Shown here: piece after piece, positions 1 to 9,197 of the stretch
How positions within the stretch are numbered: the stretch's first letter is position 1
How the letters are laid out: each line of letters begins with the position of its first letter
DNA from: an uncultured Clostridia bacterium
GTDB lineage: Bacteria; Bacillota; Clostridia; UMGS1883; UMGS1540
Length of the DNA: 64,000 nucleotides
Assembly: GCA_937966555.1 (NCBI GenBank)
Contig: CALCLY010000036.1
Coordinates: 122,116-186,115, forward strand
Direction: 5' to 3'
Program-made: the position numbers and the translations under genes
Notes under the pieces: generated by a model
What the model saw: only the letters and a program-made list of their open reading frames with translations
Databases searched by the model: none
What the model was told of the DNA's origin: nothing

Positions 1-183
1 CATAATTTTCAATTAAATGCTTTTTATACTCCAAAACCTTTGCTTTTGAAAGCTCGCCCCCACAAAGCCACTCTGCAAAAGCTGTTAAATCACGAATATA
101 CTTTTCCGCCGTAGCTTTTGCTTTTTCCTCGCAAATAAGATACTCTTTGAATTTTTTTATTATTTTGTCTGTAATTTTTTTCA
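1..183 (-). CDS. Partial (N-terminal ~60 aa) tyrosine-type site-specific recombinase/integrase; the gene runs off the left edge of the window.
   Basis: Reverse-strand translation starting at 183 reads MKKITDKIIKKFKEYLICEEKAKATAEKYIRDLTAFAEWL..., which resembles the N-terminal SAM-like domain of phage-integrase-family recombinases. It is open to the window edge. Confidence 0.45.
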
Positions 184-351
184 TAGTCCGACAACTCCTT
201 TACTACTATTATTTTACCACTAACATAGTAATATCCCGTGAAGCTGTCAATAATTTGCCGTTTATAAATAAATTTCCGGTATAAAGTTTATTGAATAAGC
301 GGCAATTTGACAAATGTACGGATTTTCAGATATAAATTAATGTCTACTGAA

Positions 352-530
352 CAAATGGTTTTGCGAAACCATTTGTGTGAAACCTTCGGTTTCACACCTA
401 AAAACAGCATAAGAATGCCGTTTTTAGGTTCACAACATTGATTTAATTACTGTTTCAAGTCAACTGTCGGGGGACGACAGCCGACTTGAAAGTGCAAGAC
501 TTTTGGCAAAAAAGCACAAAATCCTTGCAC
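352..530. repeat. Cluster of five consecutive palindromes/stem-loops: 352-375, 375-397, 397-428, 453-491 and 492-530.
   Basis: The first two are perfect 10-bp inverted repeats (caaatggttt/aaaccatttg and gtgtgaaacc/ggtttcacac) and the third has 9-bp arms (cctaaaaac/gtttttagg). A nested imperfect hairpin and a gtgcaag/cttgcac hairpin follow. They sit in the intergenic region between the integrase and the sigma-like gene. Confidence 0.6.
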
Positions 531-658
531 TTGAACAATTACAAAATGCCGAAAAAATTAGTATATGAGTGCATTTTGTAATTGTTCAGCAGCCATTAAA
601 TTAAGCCCGAATATGCAAGCTGACATTTGCTTGTATATTCGGGCTTTTTCTGTTTGTG

Positions 659-1522
659 TCACCAATTACTTTTTATATATTTTCGCAATTTTTCATATGC
701 TCGGTTTACCTCATTTTCAGCAGTCTGTGCCGAGGTTAATTCGTTTTCAATTGCTATTTCCTGATATGTTTTCGACTTTTTCGTAAATCTCAGGCATTCC
801 GGGCATAAGCCGAGATGTGAATATATCATTTCCCGCTCTCTGTAACCGAGCTTTGCAAACGCTTCTTTCAGGAGCTTGTGTAATTCAATTCTCATAAGTA
901 TGTCAAGTGGTTCGGTGGTATAATCGGTAGTTACATCATCCTGTGTGTCATCATCTTCATCGGCATATTTTCTGTAAAAATCAACAATGTTTGTACTCTC
1001 AAGTCCTGCCGTAATAATTTCCGACACATATTGTTCCGAACGCTTGACTTCTTCTGTAATTTTAGATATTGCTTCATTACTGCTGCCGTACCGATAATAC
1101 AAATGCATTATTTTTCGTAAATTTCTGTATGTGGTTTGGCTGCTGCCCGAAAACCCGGTACGCATTGTGCGTATGTAATTATGCACCTCGTTCCACATTA
1201 TACGGACTTTATAGGTTATGAATTGCCCGTCTTTCGATTTATTATAGCTTTTTAGTGCTTTGTATATTCCGCTAACGCATTCCTGCTTTATATCCGCAAA
1301 ATGCCCGTACATAGCATATCTTTGAACAATGTCTGTTACAGTATCATTCAAAACTGGCTCATAATAATGCAAAAACCACATAAGATATTTTTCATCGTTT
1401 TCCGCAAAATATAAATCTATGTATTCCTGAAAATCATCTTTTTTCGGCGGTGCCGGACTCAAACGATAAATATATAGCTCTTTCTCCCATTCCTTCACGG
1501 CACTCACCTCTCTTTCAGCCAT
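659..1522 (-). CDS. Sigma-70 family (ECF-like) RNA polymerase sigma factor, as carried by conjugative/mobilizable transposons.
   Basis: 287 aa. The C-terminal region-4-like HTH reads REREMIYSHLG...YQEIAIENELTSAQTAENEVNRAYEKLRKY, and a region-2-like segment is present upstream. Confidence 0.55.
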   Translation of the reverse strand: MAEREVSAVKEWEKELYIYRLSPAPPKKDDFQEYIDLYFAENDEKYLMWFLHYYEPVLNDTVTDIVQRYAMYGHFADIKQECVSGIYKALKSYNKSKDGQFITYKVRIMWNEVHNYIRTMRTGFSGSSQTTYRNLRKIMHLYYRYGSSNEAISKITEEVKRSEQYVSEIITAGLESTNIVDFYRKYADEDDDTQDDVTTDYTTEPLDILMRIELHKLLKEAFAKLGYREREMIYSHLGLCPECLRFTKKSKTYQEIAIENELTSAQTAENEVNRAYEKLRKYIKSNW

Positions 1523-1524
1523 TT

Positions 1525-2748
1525 TTATACCGTAACACCTTTTTCGACCGCTTTATATAAATTGTGTTTCTCCATATCGTGCTCAAAATCTTCTGCCGTG
1601 TAATTATCGTCACGGCGAAATTTATGCTTTAAGTCCTTTGCCAGTCTTTTTGCTTTTTCCGCAAATTCCTCCGATATAACTCCCTGCGACTTTTCGGCAC
1701 GGATACAACTGCACCGCCTGTTATAAATATCCGTAATTTTATCATTTTTCGCAAGCTCCTTTTGGTTGTTCTTCGCCGCAAACTTTCTGCAAGTGATTCT
1801 TTCGCCGTCGGTAAGTTCAAGCGGCGCAAAACCCATACAATACTTTTGCTTTCTCGCATTTTCCATAAGGAAGTATGTTTCGCAAATTTCGCATTGCCTC
1901 GGATAATGTCCAAACAAAAGTCCTTCAAAGAAATCAGTTAGGATAAAGCTGTAAAATGTTTCAAAATGAAGCCTTTTTACCAACGCTTTCTTATTGCCCT
2001 TTGGAACGGCAATATATTCGGTTGTTATGTTAAATTGGGCTTTATCAAAAATTTTGTTTGCAAGTGTTAAAAGCTCACTTTCGTTGTAATGCTCCAAATC
2101 ATCCAAGCTCCAAACAAACTCCGTCAAATGTTCAAATGCTTTCATCATATCGTTACCGATATTTTCGTAAAATCTCAATATCCGTATTACAAATCCGATA
2201 AATTCGTTTGCCTTTTTTGAAAGCTCCGCATATCCGTCGGGTAGTATGTCAAGCAGCATTGCACCCTCATCTTGCGTGGATACCTTTGCTCTTTGCCTAT
2301 AATAGTCCAATATGAAGTCTGCATTTTCCTTTGTAAAGGTTTCGGATATTGTTTTTCTCTCGCTTTCAATATCCAGATAGCAGAACGGACTGAAATTTGG
2401 GAGTACATCAAGAATATACAAAATCTCTTTTCCAGTCCTTACAAATTCATAATCGTTTATATAACCTCTTTCCATTGAGGAGGACAATATGTGATTGTCA
2501 AAGGTCATTGCGGCTATCCTTGCACCGTTGTCATTTTCCTCATATCGGTTAAGAAAATCGACGGCAAAACTGCCGACAGTAAATTTATTTTTGTCTATGA
2601 AGGTAAACTTATCTCTGTAATCAACTGTGAAAAACTCTATTTTATCCGGCATATCGAACACCTCAAAACTTTTCAATTTTTTTTGCAAACTTTTATTGCG
2701 AAATATATTTCGTATATCTATTATACCATAACTTTGCTTGTATTTCAA
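1525..2748 (-). CDS. Hypothetical mobile-element protein with a C-terminal Cys cluster (CxxC...YC...C). A truncated homologue lies at 14373..15005.
   Basis: 407-aa ORF overlapping the sigma-like gene by one codon. The C-terminal motif HYPRQCEICETYF...QKYC...ITCRKF parallels KPCKCCGHYF...EYC...PCNEF in the 14373 ORF. Confidence 0.5.
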   Translation of the reverse strand: MKYKQSYGIIDIRNIFRNKSLQKKLKSFEVFDMPDKIEFFTVDYRDKFTFIDKNKFTVGSFAVDFLNRYEENDNGARIAAMTFDNHILSSSMERGYINDYEFVRTGKEILYILDVLPNFSPFCYLDIESERKTISETFTKENADFILDYYRQRAKVSTQDEGAMLLDILPDGYAELSKKANEFIGFVIRILRFYENIGNDMMKAFEHLTEFVWSLDDLEHYNESELLTLANKIFDKAQFNITTEYIAVPKGNKKALVKRLHFETFYSFILTDFFEGLLFGHYPRQCEICETYFLMENARKQKYCMGFAPLELTDGERITCRKFAAKNNQKELAKNDKITDIYNRRCSCIRAEKSQGVISEEFAEKAKRLAKDLKHKFRRDDNYTAEDFEHDMEKHNLYKAVEKGVTV

Positions 2749-2940
2749 GGGGTTTAGCTGATTGCGGTTTTTATTTTAATACACTTTCGCAATACTTACC
2801 TTTTTGTAAAATCCCTTACATTCTATATATCGGAAGGGGACAAGACAAGCCCTTTCAAATCTTTGAAATGAGATGTGATGCCTATGATTGTATCAATCTG
2901 ACACGAACAATACTAATATGAAAAACGGAGGAATTTAATT

Positions 2941-3237
2941 ATGGGAGCTTATTCAAAAAGGCAGTTTGCAAGGTCAGATTTTGACAGAACGGGATACGAA
3001 TTTAACGAAACAGAGGGAGTGTTTTCCGGAACACTCGTATGTAAAGCTTGGGGTAAAAAGTGTAACATTGTTTGTTATGCGGATTTAGATGACGGGAGAA
3101 AAATAATTTGCACCGCTTATCAAAAGCCGGGCAACTATTTTGGACTACCTGATATCGAGGTCGGTACAAGAATAATTCTTGAGTTCAAAAGAAGCAAACA
3201 AGGTAAAATGCGACTCAATTCAGTACGGGCAGAATAA
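2941..3237 (+). CDS. Hypothetical small protein (98 aa).
   Basis: ORF with a strong RBS (ACGGAGGAATTTAATT-ATG). No recognizable domain. Confidence 0.4.
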   Translation: MGAYSKRQFARSDFDRTGYEFNETEGVFSGTLVCKAWGKKCNIVCYADLDDGRKIICTAYQKPGNYFGLPDIEVGTRIILEFKRSKQGKMRLNSVRAE

Positions 3238-3284
3238 CTGTCCTGTACTGTAACGAGCAGGGAGCTTGTATTGCACAAACTCCG

Positions 3285-3345
3285 AAAACGGCGAGAGTTC
3301 TTAATGAACTCCCGCCGATGATTTTAGGGAGAACCCTAATACCCC
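3285..3345 (+). promoter_or_regulatory. Putative oriT: an inverted repeat immediately upstream of mobC-relaxase.
   Basis: IR ggcgagagttc (3290-3300) and gaactcccgcc (3306-3316) with a 5-nt loop. It sits just upstream of mobC, the canonical oriT position in MobC/MOB modules. Confidence 0.35.
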
Positions 3346-3376
3346 GAACAAAATTTTAATAGCAGGAGATGATTTT

Positions 3377-3664
3377 ATGAATGAGAGAACAACCGCAATT
3401 TATGTGCGTGTTACCGAAAAAGAAAAATCACGCATAAAACAAAAAGCAGACAAGTGCGGTTTATCGCAATCGGAGTATTTAAGAAAGAGAGCTTTGGGAT
3501 ATTCGCCCAAAGCTCTTTTGCCGGAAAGCTTTTATGAATTTTCGAGTAAGCTCGGCGAAGTGTATGAGCAAATCAACAAGGAATATAACACAGAAGTTGA
3601 GGAAAAACTTTTATCCCTGCTTGATGAAATTCAGCTAAAGCTACTGACACCCGAAAACGAATAA
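3377..3664 (+). CDS. mobC: Relaxosome accessory protein MobC (ribbon-helix-helix).
   Basis: 95 aa, AIYVRVTEKEKSRIKQKADKCGLSQSEYLRKRALG, which is MobC-like. It lies directly upstream of the relaxase with an RBS. Confidence 0.7.
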   Translation: MNERTTAIYVRVTEKEKSRIKQKADKCGLSQSEYLRKRALGYSPKALLPESFYEFSSKLGEVYEQINKEYNTEVEEKLLSLLDEIQLKLLTPENE

Positions 3665-3671
3665 AGGAGGT

Positions 3672-5048
3672 ATGCGTGACGTGGCTACAACAGGATTTTG
3701 GCCCGTTAAGGGCAGTTTGAAAGATGTTGTAAATTATGCGGATAACCCCGATAAAACCACCAATTCGAAATACCTCAATAAAGATTTGGCAAACGCACTT
3801 AAATATGTCGAAAACGATAGTAAAACGGATATGAAAATGTTTGTAAGCGGAATCAACTGCCCGACGGTTAGGGCTTATGAACAGATGATGGTAACAAAAC
3901 GCCGTTACGGAAAACTTGGTGGAAATGTTGCATATCACGGTTATCAAAGCTTTAAATCAGGCGAAGTCACTCCCAAAGAAGCACATAAAATCGGCATTGA
4001 AACCGCAAAGCGTATGTGGGGCGGAAACTACGAAATCGTTGTCACAACGCACCTCAATACCGAAAATATCCATAATCATTTTGTAGTCAATTCAGTATCG
4101 TTTAAGACGGGTCGGAAATTTGAAAATCATATTTCAGATCATATCCGTCTGCGTGAAATTTCTGACGTGGTATGCAAGGAATTTAACAAATCGGTAATTG
4201 AAAACGCAAAATTTTATAACAGCGATAAAAAATCATATTGGATACACAAGCAAGGCAAGAAAACACATCGGGATATTTTGCGTGACGATGTGGATTTTGC
4301 GGTTAAAACCTCCGGAAATCTTATGGAATTTGAGCGGATAATGATAAATATGGGATATTCGTTTAATCGAAATATTATGTCGGCACACCCGTCTGTTATT
4401 GCTAAAGGCTGGCAAAGACCTGTTCGCATTGATAGCTTGGGAGAAGAATATTCAACCGAAGGGCTTGTAAAACGAATTGCGGATAACAAGATTTTTGTAA
4501 GCTCTTTCGCCAAAAGCGAGCGAGTACACAAAACAAAGCCAAAGCATACGCCGTTTGCGGAAATGGAATATCAACTGCGGCGGGTAAAATATATGGACAC
4601 ATTAGAGGCTATGTTTTATCTACTCTTAGAGTTGTTAAAACCGTCAAATCCTACCACTAATTACAAGCCACCTTTATCTCCGTTTATGCGTGAGGAAATA
4701 AGAAAGTTTGAACAATACCAAAAGCAGTTCAAGCTCTTGCACGATGAAAAAATCAACACCGTGTCGGAGCTTGAATTTTTTATATCCGACCTATCCAAAC
4801 AGATTAACGATTTGGAAAAGGAACGCTCAAATGCCGATAACAAACGCAGACGAGCCACAACAGATGCGGACAAGAAAATGTATAAGTCTGAAATCAGGGA
4901 TATATCCGCAAAGATAAAACCTATAAGAGAAAAACTGAAAATTGCCAAATCCACATTAGAGTCTGTGCCAAAAGTACAAGAACTGCTTAATATTGAGCGA
5001 GATATGGAAAACAAAATTTTACACAAAGAGAGGAGCAAAATACGATGA
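3672..5048 (+). CDS. MOB-family relaxase/mobilization nuclease.
   Basis: 458 aa. It has the relaxase N-terminal domain with the histidine triad HLNTENIHNHFVVNSVSF and a coiled-coil C-terminus. It forms an operon with mobC. Confidence 0.8.
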   Translation: MRDVATTGFWPVKGSLKDVVNYADNPDKTTNSKYLNKDLANALKYVENDSKTDMKMFVSGINCPTVRAYEQMMVTKRRYGKLGGNVAYHGYQSFKSGEVTPKEAHKIGIETAKRMWGGNYEIVVTTHLNTENIHNHFVVNSVSFKTGRKFENHISDHIRLREISDVVCKEFNKSVIENAKFYNSDKKSYWIHKQGKKTHRDILRDDVDFAVKTSGNLMEFERIMINMGYSFNRNIMSAHPSVIAKGWQRPVRIDSLGEEYSTEGLVKRIADNKIFVSSFAKSERVHKTKPKHTPFAEMEYQLRRVKYMDTLEAMFYLLLELLKPSNPTTNYKPPLSPFMREEIRKFEQYQKQFKLLHDEKINTVSELEFFISDLSKQINDLEKERSNADNKRRRATTDADKKMYKSEIRDISAKIKPIREKLKIAKSTLESVPKVQELLNIERDMENKILHKERSKIR

Positions 5049-5890
5049 AAAATATTACATATATAGAAATTGAAAAATTGAAACCATTTGAAAATCATCC
5101 TTATAAGGTTGTGGAGAATGAAGAAATGAACAATTTAACGCAAAGCATTAAAGAAAACGGAATTTTATCACCGTTTATTGTGCGACCTATCGAAAATGGC
5201 GAATATGAAATAGTATCGGGGCATCGCAGACTATTTGCAGGCAAACAGGCAGGACTTACGAAAATTCCGGCAATAGTATGTGAAATGGATAGAGATACTG
5301 CCGCTATTACATTGGTTGACAGCAATCTTCATAGAGAAAATATTTTACCAAGCGAAAAAGCATTCGCATATAAGCTGAAGGCAGAGGCTTTATCTCATCA
5401 AGGCAAACGCACAGATTTAACTTTGGAGCAAGTTGCACCGAAGTTAAGTACGGAAACAATCGGCGAAAGCGAAAATATAAGTAAGGATACCGTAAAGCGA
5501 TACATACGCTTGACCAAGCTTTTGCCAAAATTGTTGGAACTCGTTGATGAGGCGCGAATTGCTTTCACTCCGGCAGTCGAGCTTTCCTATCTAAATGACA
5601 TCGAGCAACAGGATTTAATTGAAATAATCGAAAGCGAGGATTGCACTCCGTCATTATCACAGGCGGTGCGTATGAAAAAGTTAAGTCAACAAGGACTACT
5701 TACAGACGATAAAATCCTTGAAATTATGTCGGAGGAAAAGGCAAATCAAAAGGAACGAATAAAAATTCCAACAGAGCGAGTGCGAAAATTCTTTCCCCAA
5801 AGTTACAGCACATCGCAAATTGAAGAAGCAATTATTAAACTGTGCGAAACGCATTATCGCAAAAAACAGCGGCAGCAACAAGAAAGGTAA
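5045..5890 (+). CDS. ParB-like nuclease domain protein (ParB/Srx family).
   Basis: 281 aa with the ParB N-terminal motif IVSGHRRLFAGKQAGLTKIPAIV. Its start overlaps the relaxase stop. Confidence 0.75.
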   Translation: MKNITYIEIEKLKPFENHPYKVVENEEMNNLTQSIKENGILSPFIVRPIENGEYEIVSGHRRLFAGKQAGLTKIPAIVCEMDRDTAAITLVDSNLHRENILPSEKAFAYKLKAEALSHQGKRTDLTLEQVAPKLSTETIGESENISKDTVKRYIRLTKLLPKLLELVDEARIAFTPAVELSYLNDIEQQDLIEIIESEDCTPSLSQAVRMKKLSQQGLLTDDKILEIMSEEKANQKERIKIPTERVRKFFPQSYSTSQIEEAIIKLCETHYRKKQRQQQER

Positions 5891-5902
5891 GGTGAGTTTT
5901 AT

Positions 5903-6085
5903 ATGACAAAACAAGCTAACAGTCTATACGAGTTTTTTTCTCCGACTTTAGATAAGGACAATTTGGATTTTGAATTAAAAATCGGCGGTACAACCTACGA
6001 GATATGCACTCGCTTTAATATCAATGGCAAACAAAGCATATTGGAGCAGTTCAAAAACTTGATTTTATCAGAAAATTTGATTTAA
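5903..6085 (+). CDS. Small hypothetical protein (60 aa) between the ParB-like gene and the serine recombinase gene.
   Basis: ORF only, tightly packed in the operon. Confidence 0.3.
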   Translation: MTKQANSLYEFFSPTLDKDNLDFELKIGGTTYEICTRFNINGKQSILEQFKNLILSENLI

Positions 6086-6123
6086 TACATTCGACAATTT
6101 GTGTCGGGCATAGTAAAATAGCA

Positions 6124-7860
6124 ATGAAGCCTTTGCTATGCCCGGTTGTCGGAAAGGAGAAACGAATTATGACAACTCAAAATATTATAGGGCAAACAAC
6201 AGAAGAAATAACTGCATTGTACGGAAGATTATCACAAGATGACGGTTTGGAGGGCGAAAGCAACAGCATATTCAATCAAAAAGAAATTCTGATGAAATAT
6301 GCAAAAGAGCACAATCTGAAAAATCTGAGATTTTTTATTGATGACGGAATTTCAGGTACAACCTTTGAGCGAAGCGGCTTTAAGGAAATGCAAGCACTTG
6401 CAGAAGCCGGAATTGTAAAAACTATTGTGGTAAAAGATTTATCCCGTTTCGGCAGAAACTACATTGAAGTCGGCGAATATCTTGAAATCAAATATCCCAC
6501 TCTCGGCGTAAGGTTTATATCTATTCAGGAAAATGTTGACACAATGCAAAACACAGGTGCGGAAATGATGCCGTTTCATAATATATTTAATGAATGGTAC
6601 GCCGCACAGACAAGCAAGAAAATTCGTGCCGTATGGCAGATGAAAGCCTCAAGCGGAAAGCGTGTCGGCTCATCTGTCCCTTACGGATATATGAAATCTC
6701 CCGAAGATAAGGAAAAATGGATAATTGATGAAGAAGCCGCAGAGGTTGTCAGAAAGATATTTTCACTATCTCTCTCCGGGCGAGGTATTTCACAAATCGC
6801 CCGTCAATTAGAGCAAGAAAAAATACTTATTCCTACGGCATATAAAATAGAAAAAGGATTATCCGCATCGCACAAGTATCCCGAAAAACCCTATTATTGG
6901 GATTCATCAACCGTTGCAGGAATAATTGATAACAGACAGTATACGGGATGTACTGTAAATTTCAAAACAACAACAGTAAGCTACAAAGTTCATAGGGTTA
7001 TACGTAAATCCGAAGATGAGCAGCAAATAATTCCTAACACACAAGAACCGATTATAGATGAGGACTTGTGGTTACGAGTTCAAGAGCTTCGTCAGCATAA
7101 GAGAAGACCGACATCTACGGGAAGGACAAGCCTGTTTTCGGGTTTGGTTTATTGCCCCGATTGCGGAGCAAAATTGCATTTTGCCGCCGCTAAGAGTATG
7201 ACAAGACAGCAGGAGCATTTCAGATGTTCAAATTACAAGAGCGGTCGGGGTGAATGTCAAATACATTTCATAAGAGATGTAGTTCTTGAAAAAATAGTAT
7301 TTGAAGCCATAAGCAACTTATCTGATTTTGTCAGATGTTATGAATCGGTATTTTTGTACTTGATGGCAACAAAAAATCAAACGTCAAGAAAAAGTAAGCT
7401 TCAAAAACTGAAAAGCAAGGTGGAAAACGAAAAAAGACGAATATCCGAGCTTGATGTGATTATTTCACGCATTTACGAGGACAATATTTTAGGCAAGATA
7501 AGCGATGAAAGATATTCCCGAATGTCTGTTATGTACGAAAACGAGCAAAAAGAGCTTATAAAAACAGTTTCCGCCGAAGAAAAAGAATTGGAAACAGCCG
7601 AGCAAAAAAATGTTGATATGCGGCTGCTGCTAAAAACGCTGCGAGAATTGACCGATTTTAAGGAGCTTACTCCGACAATCGTTAATTCTTTGATACAACG
7701 GATAGAAGTTCACAACAACGATAAGTATGATGGTCATTGCCACGTAAAAGTCGATATTTACTTTACTGCCGTGGGAATGATTGATGTTCCTGATGAAAAA
7801 GAAATATTGGATATAATAAATAAAATCCAAGATAATCCACAGATGTACAAGGTTGGATAA
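6124..7860 (+). CDS. Large serine recombinase (TnpX/TndX-type integrase of the element).
   Basis: 578 aa. The N-terminal resolvase catalytic domain reads YGRLSQDD...VVKDLSRFGRN, and a recombinase/zinc-ribbon C-terminal domain (CPDCGAKLHF...CSNY) follows. The gene is at the terminus of the element. Confidence 0.85.
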   Translation: MKPLLCPVVGKEKRIMTTQNIIGQTTEEITALYGRLSQDDGLEGESNSIFNQKEILMKYAKEHNLKNLRFFIDDGISGTTFERSGFKEMQALAEAGIVKTIVVKDLSRFGRNYIEVGEYLEIKYPTLGVRFISIQENVDTMQNTGAEMMPFHNIFNEWYAAQTSKKIRAVWQMKASSGKRVGSSVPYGYMKSPEDKEKWIIDEEAAEVVRKIFSLSLSGRGISQIARQLEQEKILIPTAYKIEKGLSASHKYPEKPYYWDSSTVAGIIDNRQYTGCTVNFKTTTVSYKVHRVIRKSEDEQQIIPNTQEPIIDEDLWLRVQELRQHKRRPTSTGRTSLFSGLVYCPDCGAKLHFAAAKSMTRQQEHFRCSNYKSGRGECQIHFIRDVVLEKIVFEAISNLSDFVRCYESVFLYLMATKNQTSRKSKLQKLKSKVENEKRRISELDVIISRIYEDNILGKISDERYSRMSVMYENEQKELIKTVSAEEKELETAEQKNVDMRLLLKTLRELTDFKELTPTIVNSLIQRIEVHNNDKYDGHCHVKVDIYFTAVGMIDVPDEKEILDIINKIQDNPQMYKVG

Positions 7861-7870
7861 CAAGGAAAAT

Positions 7871-7900
7871 GGAGTAGCTCCTTGATTTTGGAACTACTCC
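7871..7900 (+). terminator. Hairpin 10 bp after the serine recombinase stop (an 11-bp stem with one mismatch and an 8-nt loop). It could be a terminator or part of the element-end recombination site.
   Basis: ggagtagctcc-ttgatttt-ggaactactcc. Confidence 0.4.
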
Positions 7901-7976
7901 ATAAAAAACTTCCTTATCTGGCGTTGGCAAACGTCAACCGACTTTTTAAACAGCCCCTTTTCGTTTTTTTTATTTA

Positions 7977-9194
7977 TTATTTATTTACTATTCTTAAAGT
8001 TTCCCTTGCTATGGCAAGCTCTTCGTTTGTGGGAAGGAGGAGAACTTTAACTTTCGAATCGGGTGCGGAAATTACGCGTCTTTCGCCTTTTACGTTATTT
8101 GCTTCGTCATCGATTTTAACACCGAGGTATCCGAGATAATCATCGCAAATAAGTTTGCGTGCTTTTATATCGTTTTCGCCGACACCTGCCGTAAATGCGA
8201 TAGCGTCAACACCATTCATTGCAGCGGCATATGCGCCGATGTATTTTGCAACTCTGTATCTGAAAGCTTCAAGAGCCGCTTCTGCCTGATGGTTACCAGC
8301 TGCCGCAGCTTTGTCAACATCGCGGAAGTCGGAAGAAATGCCGCCGCTCATGCCCAGGATACCGGACTTTTTGTTGAGTATATTGAGCATTTCGTTAATG
8401 TCGATTCCTTCATGATTGCAGATAAACTGAAGCGCAGCGGGGTCAATGTCGCCGGAGCGAGTTCCCATGATAAGTCCCTCCAAAGGAGTGAGACCCATTG
8501 ATGTGTCAACACATTTGCCGCCTATGGAAGCAGATATGCTCGCGCCGTTTCCGAGATGGCATACGATAACTTTAGCTTTGTCGGGATCAAGGTTTGCCAT
8601 TTTTATAGCTTCGCCCGAAACAAACATATGGCTTGTGCCATGGAAGCCATAGCGGCGGAGCTTGTATTTTTTATAATAATTATAGGGGATAGCATAAAGA
8701 TATGCTTTTTCTTCCATTGACATGCCGAACGCCGTGTCAAATACAGCAACGTTGGGCTTACCCGGCATTGCTGCTTCGCATGCTTCAATACCTATAAGGT
8801 TTGCGGGGTTGTGAAGCGGTCCCAAATCAAAACACTCACGGATGACTTTTTTAACGTCCTCGTCAACCTGAATTGATTCCGTATATGTATTTCCGCCGTG
8901 GAGTACACGGTGACCGATGGCATAAATATCGGAAGTGTCTGCGATAACACCGTGCTCTTTATCCGTGAGCGCATCAAGAACCAATTTTATTGCATCTTTG
9001 TGCGAGGGCATGGGTGTTTCGGTTTCGTATTTGTCCTTGCCTGTGGGCTTATGCGTGAGTTTCGAGCCGTTTATGCCGATTCTTTCGCAAAGACCTTTTG
9101 CAAGAACCTGTTCGCTTTCGCTGTCAATAAGCTGATACTTAAGCGAAGAACTTCCGCAGTTTACTATGAATATTTTCATGTTTTTCTCCTTCAA
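7977..9194 (-). CDS. ackA: Acetate kinase.
   Basis: 405 aa with the N-terminal MKIFIVNCGSSSLKYQLID motif and acetate kinase signatures throughout. Confidence 0.9.
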   Translation of the reverse strand: MKEKNMKIFIVNCGSSSLKYQLIDSESEQVLAKGLCERIGINGSKLTHKPTGKDKYETETPMPSHKDAIKLVLDALTDKEHGVIADTSDIYAIGHRVLHGGNTYTESIQVDEDVKKVIRECFDLGPLHNPANLIGIEACEAAMPGKPNVAVFDTAFGMSMEEKAYLYAIPYNYYKKYKLRRYGFHGTSHMFVSGEAIKMANLDPDKAKVIVCHLGNGASISASIGGKCVDTSMGLTPLEGLIMGTRSGDIDPAALQFICNHEGIDINEMLNILNKKSGILGMSGGISSDFRDVDKAAAAGNHQAEAALEAFRYRVAKYIGAYAAAMNGVDAIAFTAGVGENDIKARKLICDDYLGYLGVKIDDEANNVKGERRVISAPDSKVKVLLLPTNEELAIARETLRIVNK

Positions 9195-9197
9195 AAA

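Larger units (their letters stand above)
1..7976. mobile_element. Integrated mobilizable element, probably IME/transposon-like and partial in this window. Order: tyrosine recombinase, sigma-like, MobC, relaxase, ParB-like, large serine recombinase.
   Basis: This gene content is typical of Clostridial mobilizable transposons. The right boundary lies between the recombinase stop (7860) and the ackA stop (7977). Confidence 0.6.

Noticed and set aside
565-786. 73-aa plus-strand ORF in the integrase/sigma intergenic region.
   Set aside because: It partly overlaps the sigma-like gene end, has no RBS and lies downstream of the palindrome cluster. It is probably non-coding.
1629-1928. 99-aa K/R-rich minus-strand ORF inside the 1525..2748 gene (another frame).
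   Set aside because: It is nested in a longer, better-supported ORF with no independent RBS.
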